Shown: one piece after another, positions 23,224-35,014 of the stretch
Layout: each line of letters begins with the position of its first letter
How positions within the stretch are numbered: position 1 is the stretch's first letter
NCBI GenBank assembly: GCA_965637545.1
Contig: OZ281499.1
Coordinates: 2,542,001 to 2,606,000 of the forward strand
DNA: 64,000 bases
Source: Phallusia mammillata
Taxonomy: Eukaryota
Direction: 5' to 3'
Translations under genes and position numbers: made by a program
The notes under the pieces: generated by a model
Database searches by the model: none
What the model was told of the DNA's origin: nothing
Seen by the model: the letters and a program-made list of their open reading frames with translations, nothing else

Positions 23224-23335
23224 GGTAGCCTATTTATCGACATCAGCAGACGTTTTGCAAGCGTAAATTCCTTCATCACTAAACTGAAAGCATTTGTAAG
23301 GGTTAATATGCAAAATGCATGGCTGTACAAACGAA
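23224..23335 (+). mobile_element. Decayed LINE reverse-transcriptase fragment
   Basis: SLFIDISRRFASVNSFITKLKAF resembles the non-LTR RT motif FlDlSkAFDsVnh..Ll.KL..G (recognised by eye). Confidence 0.4.
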
Positions 23336-24204
23336 TTGCCTTAGTTCGTTTTTTTTCTTGGCTTACAGCACAAGAGAAAGGAAACTGATAAGTTTTACAT
23401 ACATCCGTTGTAACGGTTCAGGAAATGGTTTTCCTATTCTGCAATATGCTAGGGAATGTCTTTTAAGCGTAAGTTTTGCGTAACAGTATGGCATGTGAGG
23501 CAGTTTTGCAACAAAGTGGTAAGGTTTTGCATCTTAGCAGCTTATAGGTGTTGATTAAGGTACCTTTCAACAATAATTAATATTCATTGTGTCAACGGCC
23601 CATAAAGAAAATATGGAAATTGTAAATTTGACGTACTTTAGAAATAATTATTTTGCTAGCATAGAATGGCTAAAAAAAATTTAAGCATATTTTCATTAAC
23701 CGTCCTTGCAATGCAAATGCATGTGCTGCTTAAAATTGCGCTGCAGGATTTCTGAAAGCAGCCAGCAACGCCTACTTTCAGAGAACCCCTATCGCGTCTG
23801 AGAATTGTAGTACTTGGAAAACTGTTCAGGCCAATTTACTGCAAATAATTCAAAAAAATTTCACATATTTACCAAAAAACATTGTCAGGGGTACAAACTG
23901 GTAAAAAACACAATCAGATTGTAAAAATTTGATGTGCATTTCTGATATTAATCACTGCTGGAAAAAGAGAGAATCAATCGCGCCAAAATCAGTTTATCCA
24001 ATGCTGTGTGGCTTTGATTATTTCTTAAATCAAATAAAACTAAAGGAAAATTCGCAAAATGTAAGATCTGGTTGAAAAATGATCACACCAAGGGACATAC
24101 TAAGTGAAATAATACGCCTTAACGCGAAAGAAAAGGCAAAACTGAGGGAGGAAATCTGCCCTTTTTCTTTCCTGAAATGCCACGGTCCAGCAGTTCGTTG
24201 CGAC

Positions 24205-24243
24205 TATATAAGCAGGCGAGTCCATGCTTCGGCCCTCTCAGTT
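24205..24243 (+). promoter_or_regulatory. Candidate TATA box and initiator for MAT
   Basis: TATATAAG at 24205-24212 and TCAGTT at 24238-24243. A donor-like site follows at 24304 and a strong acceptor at 24679. Confidence 0.4.
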
Positions 24244-24734
24244 ACTGCTCGCAAGCAAGCATGGTTGTGCGAGGCTGTTTACGGCTTTTTTGGCAAAAGT
24301 TTAGGTGTTTTATGTTGTGGAAATGGTTAAAAATGATCAATAATTCAGTATTAGTGTTAGTTGGACGATTTTTATTTTGCTAAATATGATTTTTGGGCGT
24401 GTCAAAAGAAAAGGTGACTTGGGTATTTTTTTGTGCTGAGTCACTAAGGTAACCATGTGCTTCTGCGCGGGAAAGTGTGAAACAGCTGATTGTTATTTAA
24501 ATGCAACTTGTGAATCTTTTAAACTTACAAATATAGGTTTAAACTATCCAAAACTTTGTCCGTTATGTCCAGCAATGTTTAGATTATTGTTTATCGATTT
24601 ACTATTTAGTACAAAACTACTAGTGTCTTTTAAATAATACTTTACTTGGACAACATAATAAGGCTTTTTTTTTGTTCAGCTATCTTAGGGTGTTTTTATT
24701 TATTTCGGTGAATTTTATTCATACACATTCCCAA

Positions 24735-27700
24735 ATGGAGGTCAATGGTATCAACGGAAATGGCATCAATGGTCACCATGCTGATGAAACATTTCTTTTT
24801 ACATCTGAGTCTGTCGGTGAAGGCCATCCAGGTATGATAAGCAAAATACAAACTAATGGCATTGCTAGAATATATATCTAGGTTTATTTGTAGCTGTAAT
24901 TGTGTTTAAACCAAGACAAAGATATGCTCAAAATACTGAAGTATCTAAAAAATGCACAACATTTTTGATAAGTGGTGAAAAGTATCAGTTTTATTTAAAT
25001 AATTAAAAAATCTAGGACATACTTATGCAATGTAACAAATGCTCAAGTAATGAAAAAAGTCGCTTTGAAAAGTGGTAAAAACTACACTTTCTATGGTTAA
25101 CCTCCTGATATTAATTTTATTTTTTCTTTCTTGTGTTTTGTTTTGACTTATAAAGTCTTAACTACTGCAGCGGATAACAATGGTTAATTAATTTTTTTTT
25201 TCATTTTTAGATAAACTTTGTGACCAGATCAGTGATGCAATCCTTGACGCTCATCTTGCGATCGATCCAGATGCAAAAGTTGCATGTGGTCAGTTTCATT
25301 ATTCAACAGACTGAATGTTTCTTAGTCTTCCTATTGGATTTAAATACAGAAATTTCAAATTTTAACCATACATGTTCTTAGTAAATTTGCTGCAATCGAT
25401 CTAAACTCAAAATACATGTTTAGAAACATTTGCAAAAACTGGGATGATTTTGGTCGGTGGTGAGATTACTTCCAAAGCTGTCATTGACTACCAGAAAGTT
25501 ATTCGGGACACAGTGAAGCACATCGGTTACGACGACTCCAGCAAGGGTATGTTAAAAGTAGTACTCTGATATCTAAACAACAATTTCAGTAATGGATTAA
25601 AACCATCAACAGCAAGGCTTAAACTGATGATCGATGTGTGTCTTTTTTAACTGTAAAACAGTAAAACCAATATACTTTTATAGTATCCTTGGTTAGAATA
25701 CAACTATTTTATTGTTTATAGTGTTGCAATATTTTTTTGCCAATTTAATTTCATGTTTTTTAGGTTTTGATGGCAAAACATGCAATGTTTTAATCGCCAT
25801 CGAGCAGCAGTGTATTGAAATTGCTGATGCTGTCCACATTGGCAAGAAAGAAGAAGACATTGGTGCTGGAGATCAGGGCTTGATGTTTGGGTACGCTACA
25901 GATGAAACAGAGGAATGCATGCCAATGACAATCATGCTAGCACATCGCCTTAACGCCCAACTGTCCAAGCTCCGAAGAGATGGAACTCTTGGATGGCTTA
26001 GGCCAGACTCCAAAACCCAAGTACTTACATTCATTTCTTATGATACACTATTGATTAGAAAAATATAGTTAGCAAAACAAAACCGACCTTTTAAGATCAT
26101 TAAAAAACCAATACAGTAAACCTTGGTTAAACTGGATTCAGTAAATCCAGATCTTCACCTAATCCGGTCAATTTGGGTCCAATGTGGTCTGCATTAACTG
26201 AAGTTAACTGTTTAGAATGTGACAACTAACAAATATCATAAAAAAATATTAAAAATATGTTTGGCTCTAGGTCACAATTGAGCACCGCCTTCAAGATGGA
26301 GCAGTTATCCCCCTCCGCGTACACACAATTGTAATCTCAACACAGCATGATGAAAGTGTAAATGTCAAAACATTGCGCAAAGAGATTTTGGAAAAGGTTT
26401 GTGTGTTGTTAATTTTTTTGTTGAGCAATGTATGGCAAAAAATTCTGTAAAAACGTGTTCACATAAAATGCAATGTCTATGTGTAATGTAAAAAAGGCGA
26501 AAAGGCGAAATAGAGTCAAAAAAAACTTTTACGCTTTTTGACCTAGAAAATGTTTTGAATTTAATAATAAAGATATACTATGTTCCTTTTAGGTGATCTA
26601 TGCAGTTGTCCCTAACGAATACCTTGACGAAAACACCATTTACCACATTCAGCCTTCTGGACTATTTTTGATTGGAGGCCCAATGGTAAGTACTTGTGAG
26701 CAAAAACTGCTGTGGCTCATCTGTTGTTTTGAGCATTTTCTGTTTTCATCCCACTTCATTGCATGACATTTAACCCACTTTTGTGGTTATTTTCATTTTG
26801 CTAACTCTTTTACGGCTCTGTTTGCATGACCGTCTGAGCGTTGTAAAGAAGTTATAAGAAGTCATGTCAAGACCCATTTAAATTCTGCACAATACCTTTA
26901 GCCTACTAGTGCCAATATTTGCGAAGTAAAACCAATAAAAAGTCCTGGGAATTTCTGCATGAGCAAACAGTTGTTGGCACGCTCACACACGATCTAGCAC
27001 TTTTCAAGTTTCCCTTACTTGGCACTTTTCGTAGAGGGAATACAATTCATCCTTTGTCAAACTTCTTTAAATGCTAATTTGCTCGTCTATTTCTGTTTGA
27101 CTTTATTGCAGCAACGCCCCTTTAGTTGTTGACCGAGGGGTTTATTATCATCTTTGTTTTGAACTTGTCAAGCAAAAGTCAACTTTTGCTCCACAAGAAA
27201 CCTTTTGTTGAGTGAAGCAACAGTATTGGGCTTGTCTGGAAACGATTTTGCTGACTCCGCGATTGTGTTGTCATAAAACTTGATTATTCAGGGAGACGCG
27301 GGCCTTACTGGTCGCAAGATCATTGTTGACACTTACGGCGGCTGGGGCGCACACGGAGGCGGGGCTTTTTCGGGCAAAGATCCCTCCAAAGTCGATCGCT
27401 CAGCCGCCTATGCAGCACGCTGGGTAGCAAAATCTCTTGTGAAGGCTGGACTTTGCAAACGTGTCTTAGTGCAGGTGATTGTTAATGAAATGCCCTCACT
27501 CTTTTTCTATACTACCACCTTCAAAACGAGTTCGTTTTTGCGCTGTAGGTGGCGTACGCGATAGGAATAGCAGAGCCTATGGCGGTGTACGTTCACAGTT
27601 ATGGCACAAGTAAATACAGCAACAACCAACTCCATGACATCGTGTGCCATAACTTTGACTTGCGTCCCGGAATTATCATTAGGTAAACTTGTAGTTGTCT

Positions 27701-27873
27701 ATTAGCGACGAGGACTGCTTTGCCAACCTTTTTACTTTGGTTCTTGCAGGAATCTTAAACTGAAAACTCCGATATACCAGAGCACTTGTGCATGCGGGCA
27801 TTTTGGCAGAGAAGGCTTTACCTGGGAGAAAATCAAACCTATATTGATTCCGGAAAAGCTTAAGGATTACTAA
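24735..27873 (+). CDS. MAT: S-adenosylmethionine synthetase, isoform A (proximal 3' cassette)
   Basis: Shared exons 24735-24831 ([11 protein letters not shown]), 25211-25288, 25424-25546, 25764-26020 ([16 protein letters not shown]), 26271-26396 and 26593-26685. Cassette A exons are 27292-27474 ([19 protein letters not shown]), 27549-27682 and 27750-27873 ([12 protein letters not shown] stop). AATAAA is at 28171. Confidence 0.9.
25345..25353 (+). promoter_or_regulatory. METTL16-type UACAGAAA motif / cryptic 3' splice site in MAT intron 2
   Basis: TACAGAAAT at 25345-25353, in the intron that splits the VAC-E|T codon. Use of the AG at 25348-25349 gives a stop at 25379-25381. Confidence 0.5.
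26114..26210. mobile_element. pogo/Tigger-like MITE (short form) in MAT intron 4
   Basis: TA|CAGTAAACCTTGGTTAA...GAAGTTAACTG. Confidence 0.7.
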
Positions 27874-28860
27874 CAATATTTGATTTTAAACACCTGCAGT
27901 TTTTATCTTACTTTTAAAAGCTCACTTCGCAAACTTTAGACTGCCGATTTCTTCACTTTTCGTATCTTTTTATGCACATCACCGCCACATGCTGTACAGA
28001 TAATTTGAAAAAATGTCCGAAAAACGGTTTCGCTTCTAATTGGAAGTTTTTGGTGATGGGAATTTAAGGGTTGTTGTTTTTATTGTAGTACATGCCTCAG
28101 CAAACGAAGCGTTAGTTTTGAGTACATTTAGACTTGTTAATTCATTCAGTAGTATGGTGTTGATGTCGAAAATAAAAGGTTCTAATACACATCGAGTGAT
28201 ACCTTTTGGCAAACATGTTTGACCTCTTTGATGAGTTCACTTTGACGAAACGCACACAGAACTTTTTCCATCTGTTACTCTCTCAACTTTGGCGCCAGGT
28301 AATGTCTCGTTGTCGGATTTTGGGCAAAACGGTGGGTTAACCAATTAACACTCGGTGATGCGAATGGCCTAGCTTCTCACGCAGAATTGTTTGTCTTTTG
28401 CATGTGGCTTGTTTTTTTTAGCTTCTGCATGTTTAATTTTTGTTTTCTCTTCTTCGCTGTGGGTTTGGTGAGACCAATTTGCTTAAGTTATAATGGGCGT
28501 TTTAGAAGCAAAAGAATTTCAATTTTAACTGAAACTTTTCGTAGTATTTTATGCCAACATTTTCCAATCATGCAAACCATTCGCTTTTGACATTTACTTT
28601 AATCTCTATTATCTTTTTATCCAATGAAAACTTTCTTTTCAGAAATCAAAAAGAATTGAGTTATTACTCTAATTTAGACTTATAATTTTACAAAAATAAA
28701 AAAAAACTAGTAAACAAAATCTAATAATGGCAAGAAAATTGTTTGCTGTTGTATAGCATCCACCAATTTAAGGCCAAATTTCGAATGTAATTTTCACCCA
28801 AAACAACTTCTGCTACACACAGACTTGCACAACTTTCTAACCAATGTGTTATTGCAACAG

Positions 28861-31800
28861 GGTGATGCTGGACTCACTGGACGCAAAATCATCGTCGACA
28901 CTTACGGTGGCTGGGGTGCCCACGGTGGTGGAGCTTTTTCAGGGAAAGATTTCTCCAAAGTTGACCGTTCGGCCGCATATGCTGCACGATGGGTCGCCAA
29001 ATCCCTAGTGAAGGCTGGGCTGTGTCGTCGTGTCCTTGTTCAGGTAAGAACACCTTGAGTAAGCTACAGGCAGTGCACGTTGTTTTTGACATGTAAGTCC
29101 CCATCAGTGCAACTGGTGACAAGACATAGGCCGCATTGGCTAGTGTAGTCATCTAACGGCTCTACAATTGTTGGGTGGGGCAGGCTGAGAGCTCACCTAT
29201 GATAAGGACGCTCCATTTTTGTATATGTTTATGTTGGACTGGGTCAAAGTTTTTTAAGCCATTTGAGTCCCCTGTTACTTATCCAACTGAATGCTTGTAT
29301 GTTAGGAGATTTTTTTCTTACTTATTGCGCTAGTTAGTGCCAACGAAATCAACCTCTTTGTCAATTGTCAACTTAACGTATGATGCAATTGATTTAAGGC
29401 TATTAAAACAGGAACCAACTAAAGGTTAGCAAACCATTCGCTTTTATTACACATTAAAGCTCCTTATGACAAGCACAAGCAATAAAAACCCGATTGTAAT
29501 TTATGATTAAGTTTCTGCAACTCATGGCTTTGCAAACAAACCGCAGTTCGCTTTTCGCCTACATTTGGCATTACACAACCTTTGCACACACAGTTCCAAT
29601 TTAAGCAGCTCCCCAGGTCTCGGAACACACAAAAACCAGTTTACGAGACTCGCAGACTCCAAGCGTGGGACTCTACAAATTTGCTTTCGGTATTTGACTG
29701 CAGCCACACGCGGCCTGCATCAGTGCAAACCCCTTATCGTTGATTGACAGGCGCAAAATAAGCAAAAACCTTAATTGAAGTCCTGTTTATCGTCCCCACG
29801 TATGTAGGTGTGCAGGGGGCTTGACGTCAAATTGCCTGATGTGAAAAATGCGACCTGTTGCTAGTCTGCCTTCTGTTGTAGTGTTTGTGCACATGCTGCA
29901 ACGTGCAACGTGGCTAAACTCGTAGTTTTAAATCATCTTGAAACTCTAATTTTGAGTGTTAACACGTAGCTTTTAAATGTAGGGCCACTGCTTTCAAACA
30001 CACAACTTATGGTACTTGGCTTGTTGATTAGGCTTTACTATTTACCCTGGTGTGTTTACACAAGACATAAAACTCCATGAAATGTAGCGCAGTTGCATTT
30101 TTTTGACAAAACGAAATTCGTGGTGTTTGGTTTTTATGCTTAAATCGCTTTAAAATCATCTTGAACACTTACAGGTGTCTAGTTTTGGGTGGTGAAAAAG
30201 TAGGGACACTACATTTCAACAAAAACAACTTTGTGGTACTTAACCTATTTTGGCCAATTCAACCTAGTATTTTCATGTGTCGACCAGTCTTTTTGACATG
30301 ACCATCTTTAGTGTCTTTAAATTTTATGCTGTTGCTAGCATAAAGGGATATGGTAGAAAAACGCTTCTAACATGTTTTTCTTGCAGGTTTCATACGCCAT
30401 TGGCATTTCTGAGCCCTTGTCCGTATATGTAAGCTCATACGGGACTTCTAAACTCAGTGACAAAGATCTTCTCACAATTATCCATGATAACTTCGATCTT
30501 CGACCAGGAATTATTGTCAAGTAAGCAATACTTTTAAAAAATATCGACCAAATTGCTTTTCAGAGCTTAGTATAAAACTATGTTCGATGATAAGTAAATT
30601 GTATCAGGTGTACATGCACTGATGATGACAACAGTGATTGTTGAAACATCTGCGTAATGTATTGTAGACACACAAGTTCTTTGGCAGTAATGTTTATGAT
30701 TAAATTACCCTTCAGGTCCGTGTATAGTGTTCCCAAATTGTATCTTTTAATTGAAAGCTACATGCTTTTGACTATTGCATGCTAAAACCACGCAATGTTG
30801 CGACTTTTTAAAGCAAAATTTGACAAAAAAAGAAAAAAATAGGACGATTTTTTAGTGCATCAATCAAGTAAAATTCCCATTATTAATAAATTGATAATAT
30901 CTGTTCTCGCTAAGCTGTGACGCAAATCCACGCTTGAAACACATCTTTTTACTCATAGTGTTACGGTATAAGCAGCAATCATGCCATGTGCAATCAAAAC
31001 ACGACTTGTTATGAATCCATGCAGTTGTTTGCATTGCTCTGGCAGTCGATACTCGATGGTGTTTTAATCGACCTACTTTATGCCATCAGTGCCTTTGTTA
31101 GTAATATGTACAATGGCACAATACCTATTCCTAAACATGTACAACTCCTTGTGTAGTGCTTAATAGGGGGAAATTTTGCTTATAGTGGTTGAACATGTAA
31201 ATAATATGTTCTCATTTTACGTGGGAAAGTATCGGATAACGGCCTTGCGCACGTGACAATGATTTTGTTTTCCGTTATCGTGTGCCCATAAAAAAGGCTA
31301 ACTTAAACTTGACAACCTTAAATGCTTAACTTTGTTCGTTTTTATTCTTTGTCTGATTGACACGGGGGAATAAATTGATTTCGGAAAAACCAATTTAATT
31401 ATTATGAGTTGCGCAGACAATAATAAACCGCCAATCACAATGTTCCATATTCATAACATGCAATAGCTATTTTAATATAGGGGGAATTTATGCTTTTTAC
31501 GCCCCTACATCTCCGAATAAACTGTAACAGTGTCCTAGTTATAGTTCACATTAAATGAGACAAAATGATATTTTCACCTCTAAACAAAGGGCCCAAAAAT
31601 ATGTGATAATATATGCATGAATATGCAGAACATTTAAAACGGCGTTTATTGTTGTATGTTATTAACTTGTCTTTTATGTCGTCACAAAGCAGCACGTTCG
31701 TTCCGGTTATGTCGCGTTACATTATCACGAAGTTGTCAAATCATCGACCAGTAAATCCAGTACGGATAAATGACAAAAATGTCTGTGTTATCCAACTTAG

Positions 31801-32805
31801 TTTTTCGTTTCACCAACCTCGTGCAGTTGACCCTTTTAACTATTTAGGCTGGTTTGCACATCACTTTTACACAGCAAACAGTGAAAATTCAAATAATCTA
31901 TATGTAGTACATACAAGGTAGGCTACCACCTGTAAACTATTTCCCACAGCATTTTACAAACCAAACAGGTCGCAAACTTTGTAAAACGCAAAACGTTGTG
32001 TACACGACCAAAGTTTCAAATTGGATGAGACTATAGTCTTTATTCTCATACATTATTGCAAACAGCTGTTTTAAAAGTTACTTGAATGCATTTTTGGTTG
32101 TCTTGAAGAACTATAATTTGTGTGTTTGTTGAATCACTGTTTGCGAGAAGTTGCTGTTTGTTGTCATTTGCTGTTAAGCCAGGCTGCTTGTTGACGCACA
32201 CGCAATATTGCTAAATATAAACAAAACAAGCTTTGAAACAATGTAGAAAATTCCAATCAAGCGCACATTTCAAATAGCCATGGCTAATTGTTCAGCCTAA
32301 AGCAGGGGTGGGCAACCTTTGTCATTGTGGGGCCAAATACAATTCCGATGATTAGATCACGGGCCCCACCTTCATATAAACTAAGGTGCAGCAATGCAGC
32401 ATGTTGTCAGGTCGCAGAAAAATAGCACCCAGCGCACCAATCGGCTCAAAAAAAATAATAATTGGTCTCGTTTGTCAGTACATTTGAAATCCAAGTGTCT
32501 CTGCGGGCCGCACAACAATTGGCCGCAAGTTGTCCACCTCTGGCCTGAAGCCTTTGTTCTGAAAGACTTTTATGTTATTTGAATGCTTTTGGAAATACCC
32601 ACAATTTATTCGTTCATACATTTTGTGCAGGGATTTGGACCTTCGTAAACCAGTCTACAAGAAAACCGCCTGTTACGGCCACTTCGGACGAGATACCTTT
32701 ACTTGGGAAAAACCAAAAGACCTCGAAATTCGACCAAAAATTCAAGCTCTCCTTGAGAAAACCGAATCGCCAGTTTACAAACGCGTTAAGTACGGAAGCC
32801 ATTGA
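28861..32805 (+). CDS. MAT: S-adenosylmethionine synthetase, alternative distal 3' cassette (isoform B; splices to exon 6 ending 26685)
   Basis: Exons 28861-29043 (183 nt, DFSKVDRS), 30387-30520 (134 nt) and 32631-32805 (TACYGHFGR...YKRVKYGSH stop). The first two exons have the same lengths and phases as in cassette A. No second set of 5' exons lies between the cassettes. Confidence 0.92.
29060..29200 (-). mobile_element. Hammerhead retroelement family A copy 3 (degenerate, antisense to MAT)
   Basis: Reverse complement reads GUUGCA-CUGAUGG-GGAC..GUC-AAAA-CAACGUGCACUG-CC-UGUAGC. It ends 16 nt after the exon 7b donor. Confidence 0.75.
30611..30660 (+). ncRNA. Minimal type I hammerhead (family D), sense in MAT intron 8b
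   Basis: UGCA-CUGAUGA-U-GACAA[cagUGA]UUGUU-GAAA-CAUC^UGCG, with cleavage predicted after 30650. Stems I and II pair. Confidence 0.7.
32303..32542. mobile_element. hAT-type MITE (TIR CAGGGGTGGGCAAC)
   Basis: TSD gcctaaag/gcctgaag. It ends 88 nt upstream of MAT exon 9b. Confidence 0.85.
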
Positions 32806-33956
32806 CTCGAACTGCAATACAACATTTAGCTGCCGTGTTTTAAGTCCTGTTGTCCATTACGCATTGTTTTGTCCCCCTTTTTCTCATTTTCACGGTGCAG
32901 ACATGTTTCAATTTGAATTGTGTTTTATTCATTTCAGCGGATATTCCATTTTACTTTAAACCCGACCGCAAATGGCACGGTGAAAGTACTCACACAGAAG
33001 AATTGTTTGCTTGCTTGCGACGTCGGATTTTATCAATTGTTTGTGCCTTTTAAATGTGTTTTTACCGTTTTCCACTGCGTCGGAAACTCGGGCGTTTCAA
33101 ATAAAGTGTTTATGGGTTGTACCATAACACAACACGTGTGTAAAGACCAGTGTAAGATCCAAACTTCGCAATGCCCCTCGTCACGTGTGTACTGTGACGT
33201 CATAAAGTACATTGTCCCTCTGCAAAAATAAACCCCATTTCAAACCCACTTACATCTAATATCGTATGTAATGACTTTTTCGTAACTGACGTGTCATTAT
33301 GATGTAATATATACGCTAAACGTATCGCAAGAGCTTAACACAATTTTCTGTGTCTTGCAAAGCTTGTAAATCCATGTCCTATTTAATAAATGCAAATCGC
33401 CTCGGTGTAACAAAACTAAAAAAACTGAAAGCCTCATTTCGTTGTTTTTACTGAGCCGTTTTCGAAAACACAAAATTGGTGGCTTTCAACTTTTCAACAT
33501 TTTCCCCAAAATGTTAACGAACCCTTACAGTCTTTGTTGCAATTGTTCCCCATTGTGGCGTCACAAACATTACCCGCTTTTTTGTTTCACGCTTCATTTA
33601 CGCACGTTTGTGTTTAAATAGTCGAGTTAAATAAAGTTTTAAACAACGCACTGTTGACTGTCTTGCTATCAGTCGTAAGAGGTGTGACATAAAAACGCTG
33701 AATTGTGGGTAAAAAATGCTGACGCTAAGTGCTATTAAACTGGGGTGAGGGTTTATAACAATGTAAAAAACCATGTGCCTGTGTAAAAGGGATTCAGCAA
33801 TATTCTGACATCAGCAAACATGGCTTTACATCAATTGCATCATACGTTGTCAATGACACTTAAATATAGATCGTGTAGTTGTTGTAACGAGGTTAATTTT
33901 TTTGGCACTAACTAGGGCTATGAGTGAATGGAAATAAATCAACTTCTACATACAAG

Positions 33957-34127
33957 CAATGGTGGGATTCAGCCGGTTTGCACCGGTTCTGTAGAACCGT
34001 CTCACGAAATTTTATGAGATCAGCGAACCGGTTAGCATTACAGGTTACTGTCAATGGACTTTTGGTAACAGAACCGGCTGAAAAATATAACTCTTCGACT
34101 GGCAAAAAAAATTGAATCCAACCACTG
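33957..34127. mobile_element. hAT-type MITE family 1, copy 4
   Basis: Perfect 8-bp TSD catacaag. Confidence 0.9.
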
Positions 34128-35014
34128 CATACAAGCATTAAGTTTGACTAGTAACAGGGGACTTTAATGGCATGAAAAACTTTGTTCCAGTACCACATAA
34201 ACATGTGTAAAAAAGAAGTGTCCTTAAATAAACGCATTACATGATAGGTACGGTTTTCAGCCTGCCTTTCACAACAATGGCCTTTGTATTGTCACAACTG
34301 CACTGGTCAAACCTTACCCCAATTTAAACAGCACCAACCATGAAGAGACTGTGGAAGATTAGAAAGCTTCAAAAGTTTACAAAATTAACTAGGAAATTGC
34401 AAGTACAAATGACCATGTCATGATGATAATGACACCACACGACACAATTCACGTTTTTTCAGGAAACGCTACATCACTCATTGCTTAGTCAGCATTACAT
34501 TGCAGGTTTCTGCACACGCCGAGACCACGGTGTTTGCTAAAGCTTAAGATCTGAAAAACGTTTAATAATTTGACCTTTTAAGTTCGCAGCTTTTCGACCT
34601 ACCAACAGTGTAGTATTAGCAAAGCAAATTGCGCTGGTATATTCCAGTTCAAACCGGTTAGTTCCAGTTCAAACCGAACCCGTTCTTTTTTTGTTTATTG
34701 AGGCAAGATCTAGATCAGCACTTTTAAGTCTGTATGTAGGTCGCGTAACCCATTATTTGCGCAGTAACCAGAAACTGCCTCAATAGAGAAACGTTTACAT
34801 GCCCTTTCCTGCCACCTAACGTACACACCATTTAACATTTTTGTGTCACAAATATTCTGCCAATTTGACTCTGTTTGCCAAAAGCGCTACACTTACAACA
34901 CGGAATATTCGTGGCCCAAAAATGGTAAACGATCGTACGTTAGGTGATTTGTTATCAGTTTCTCAGATCTAAGCTTGAGCAAACTCGCTTTTGTTAGCCA
35001 ATTTGACTCTGTTT

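Noticed and set aside
27993-28001. UACAGAUAA near-match to the METTL16 nonamer in the isoform A 3' UTR
   Set aside because: It has one mismatch, is a single copy, and has no convincing hairpin. It is only worth revisiting if conserved.
30335-30520. Minus-strand ORF suggesting an inverted MAT exon
   Set aside because: The real exon 8b is on the plus strand with canonical splice sites, and this ORF is its antisense.
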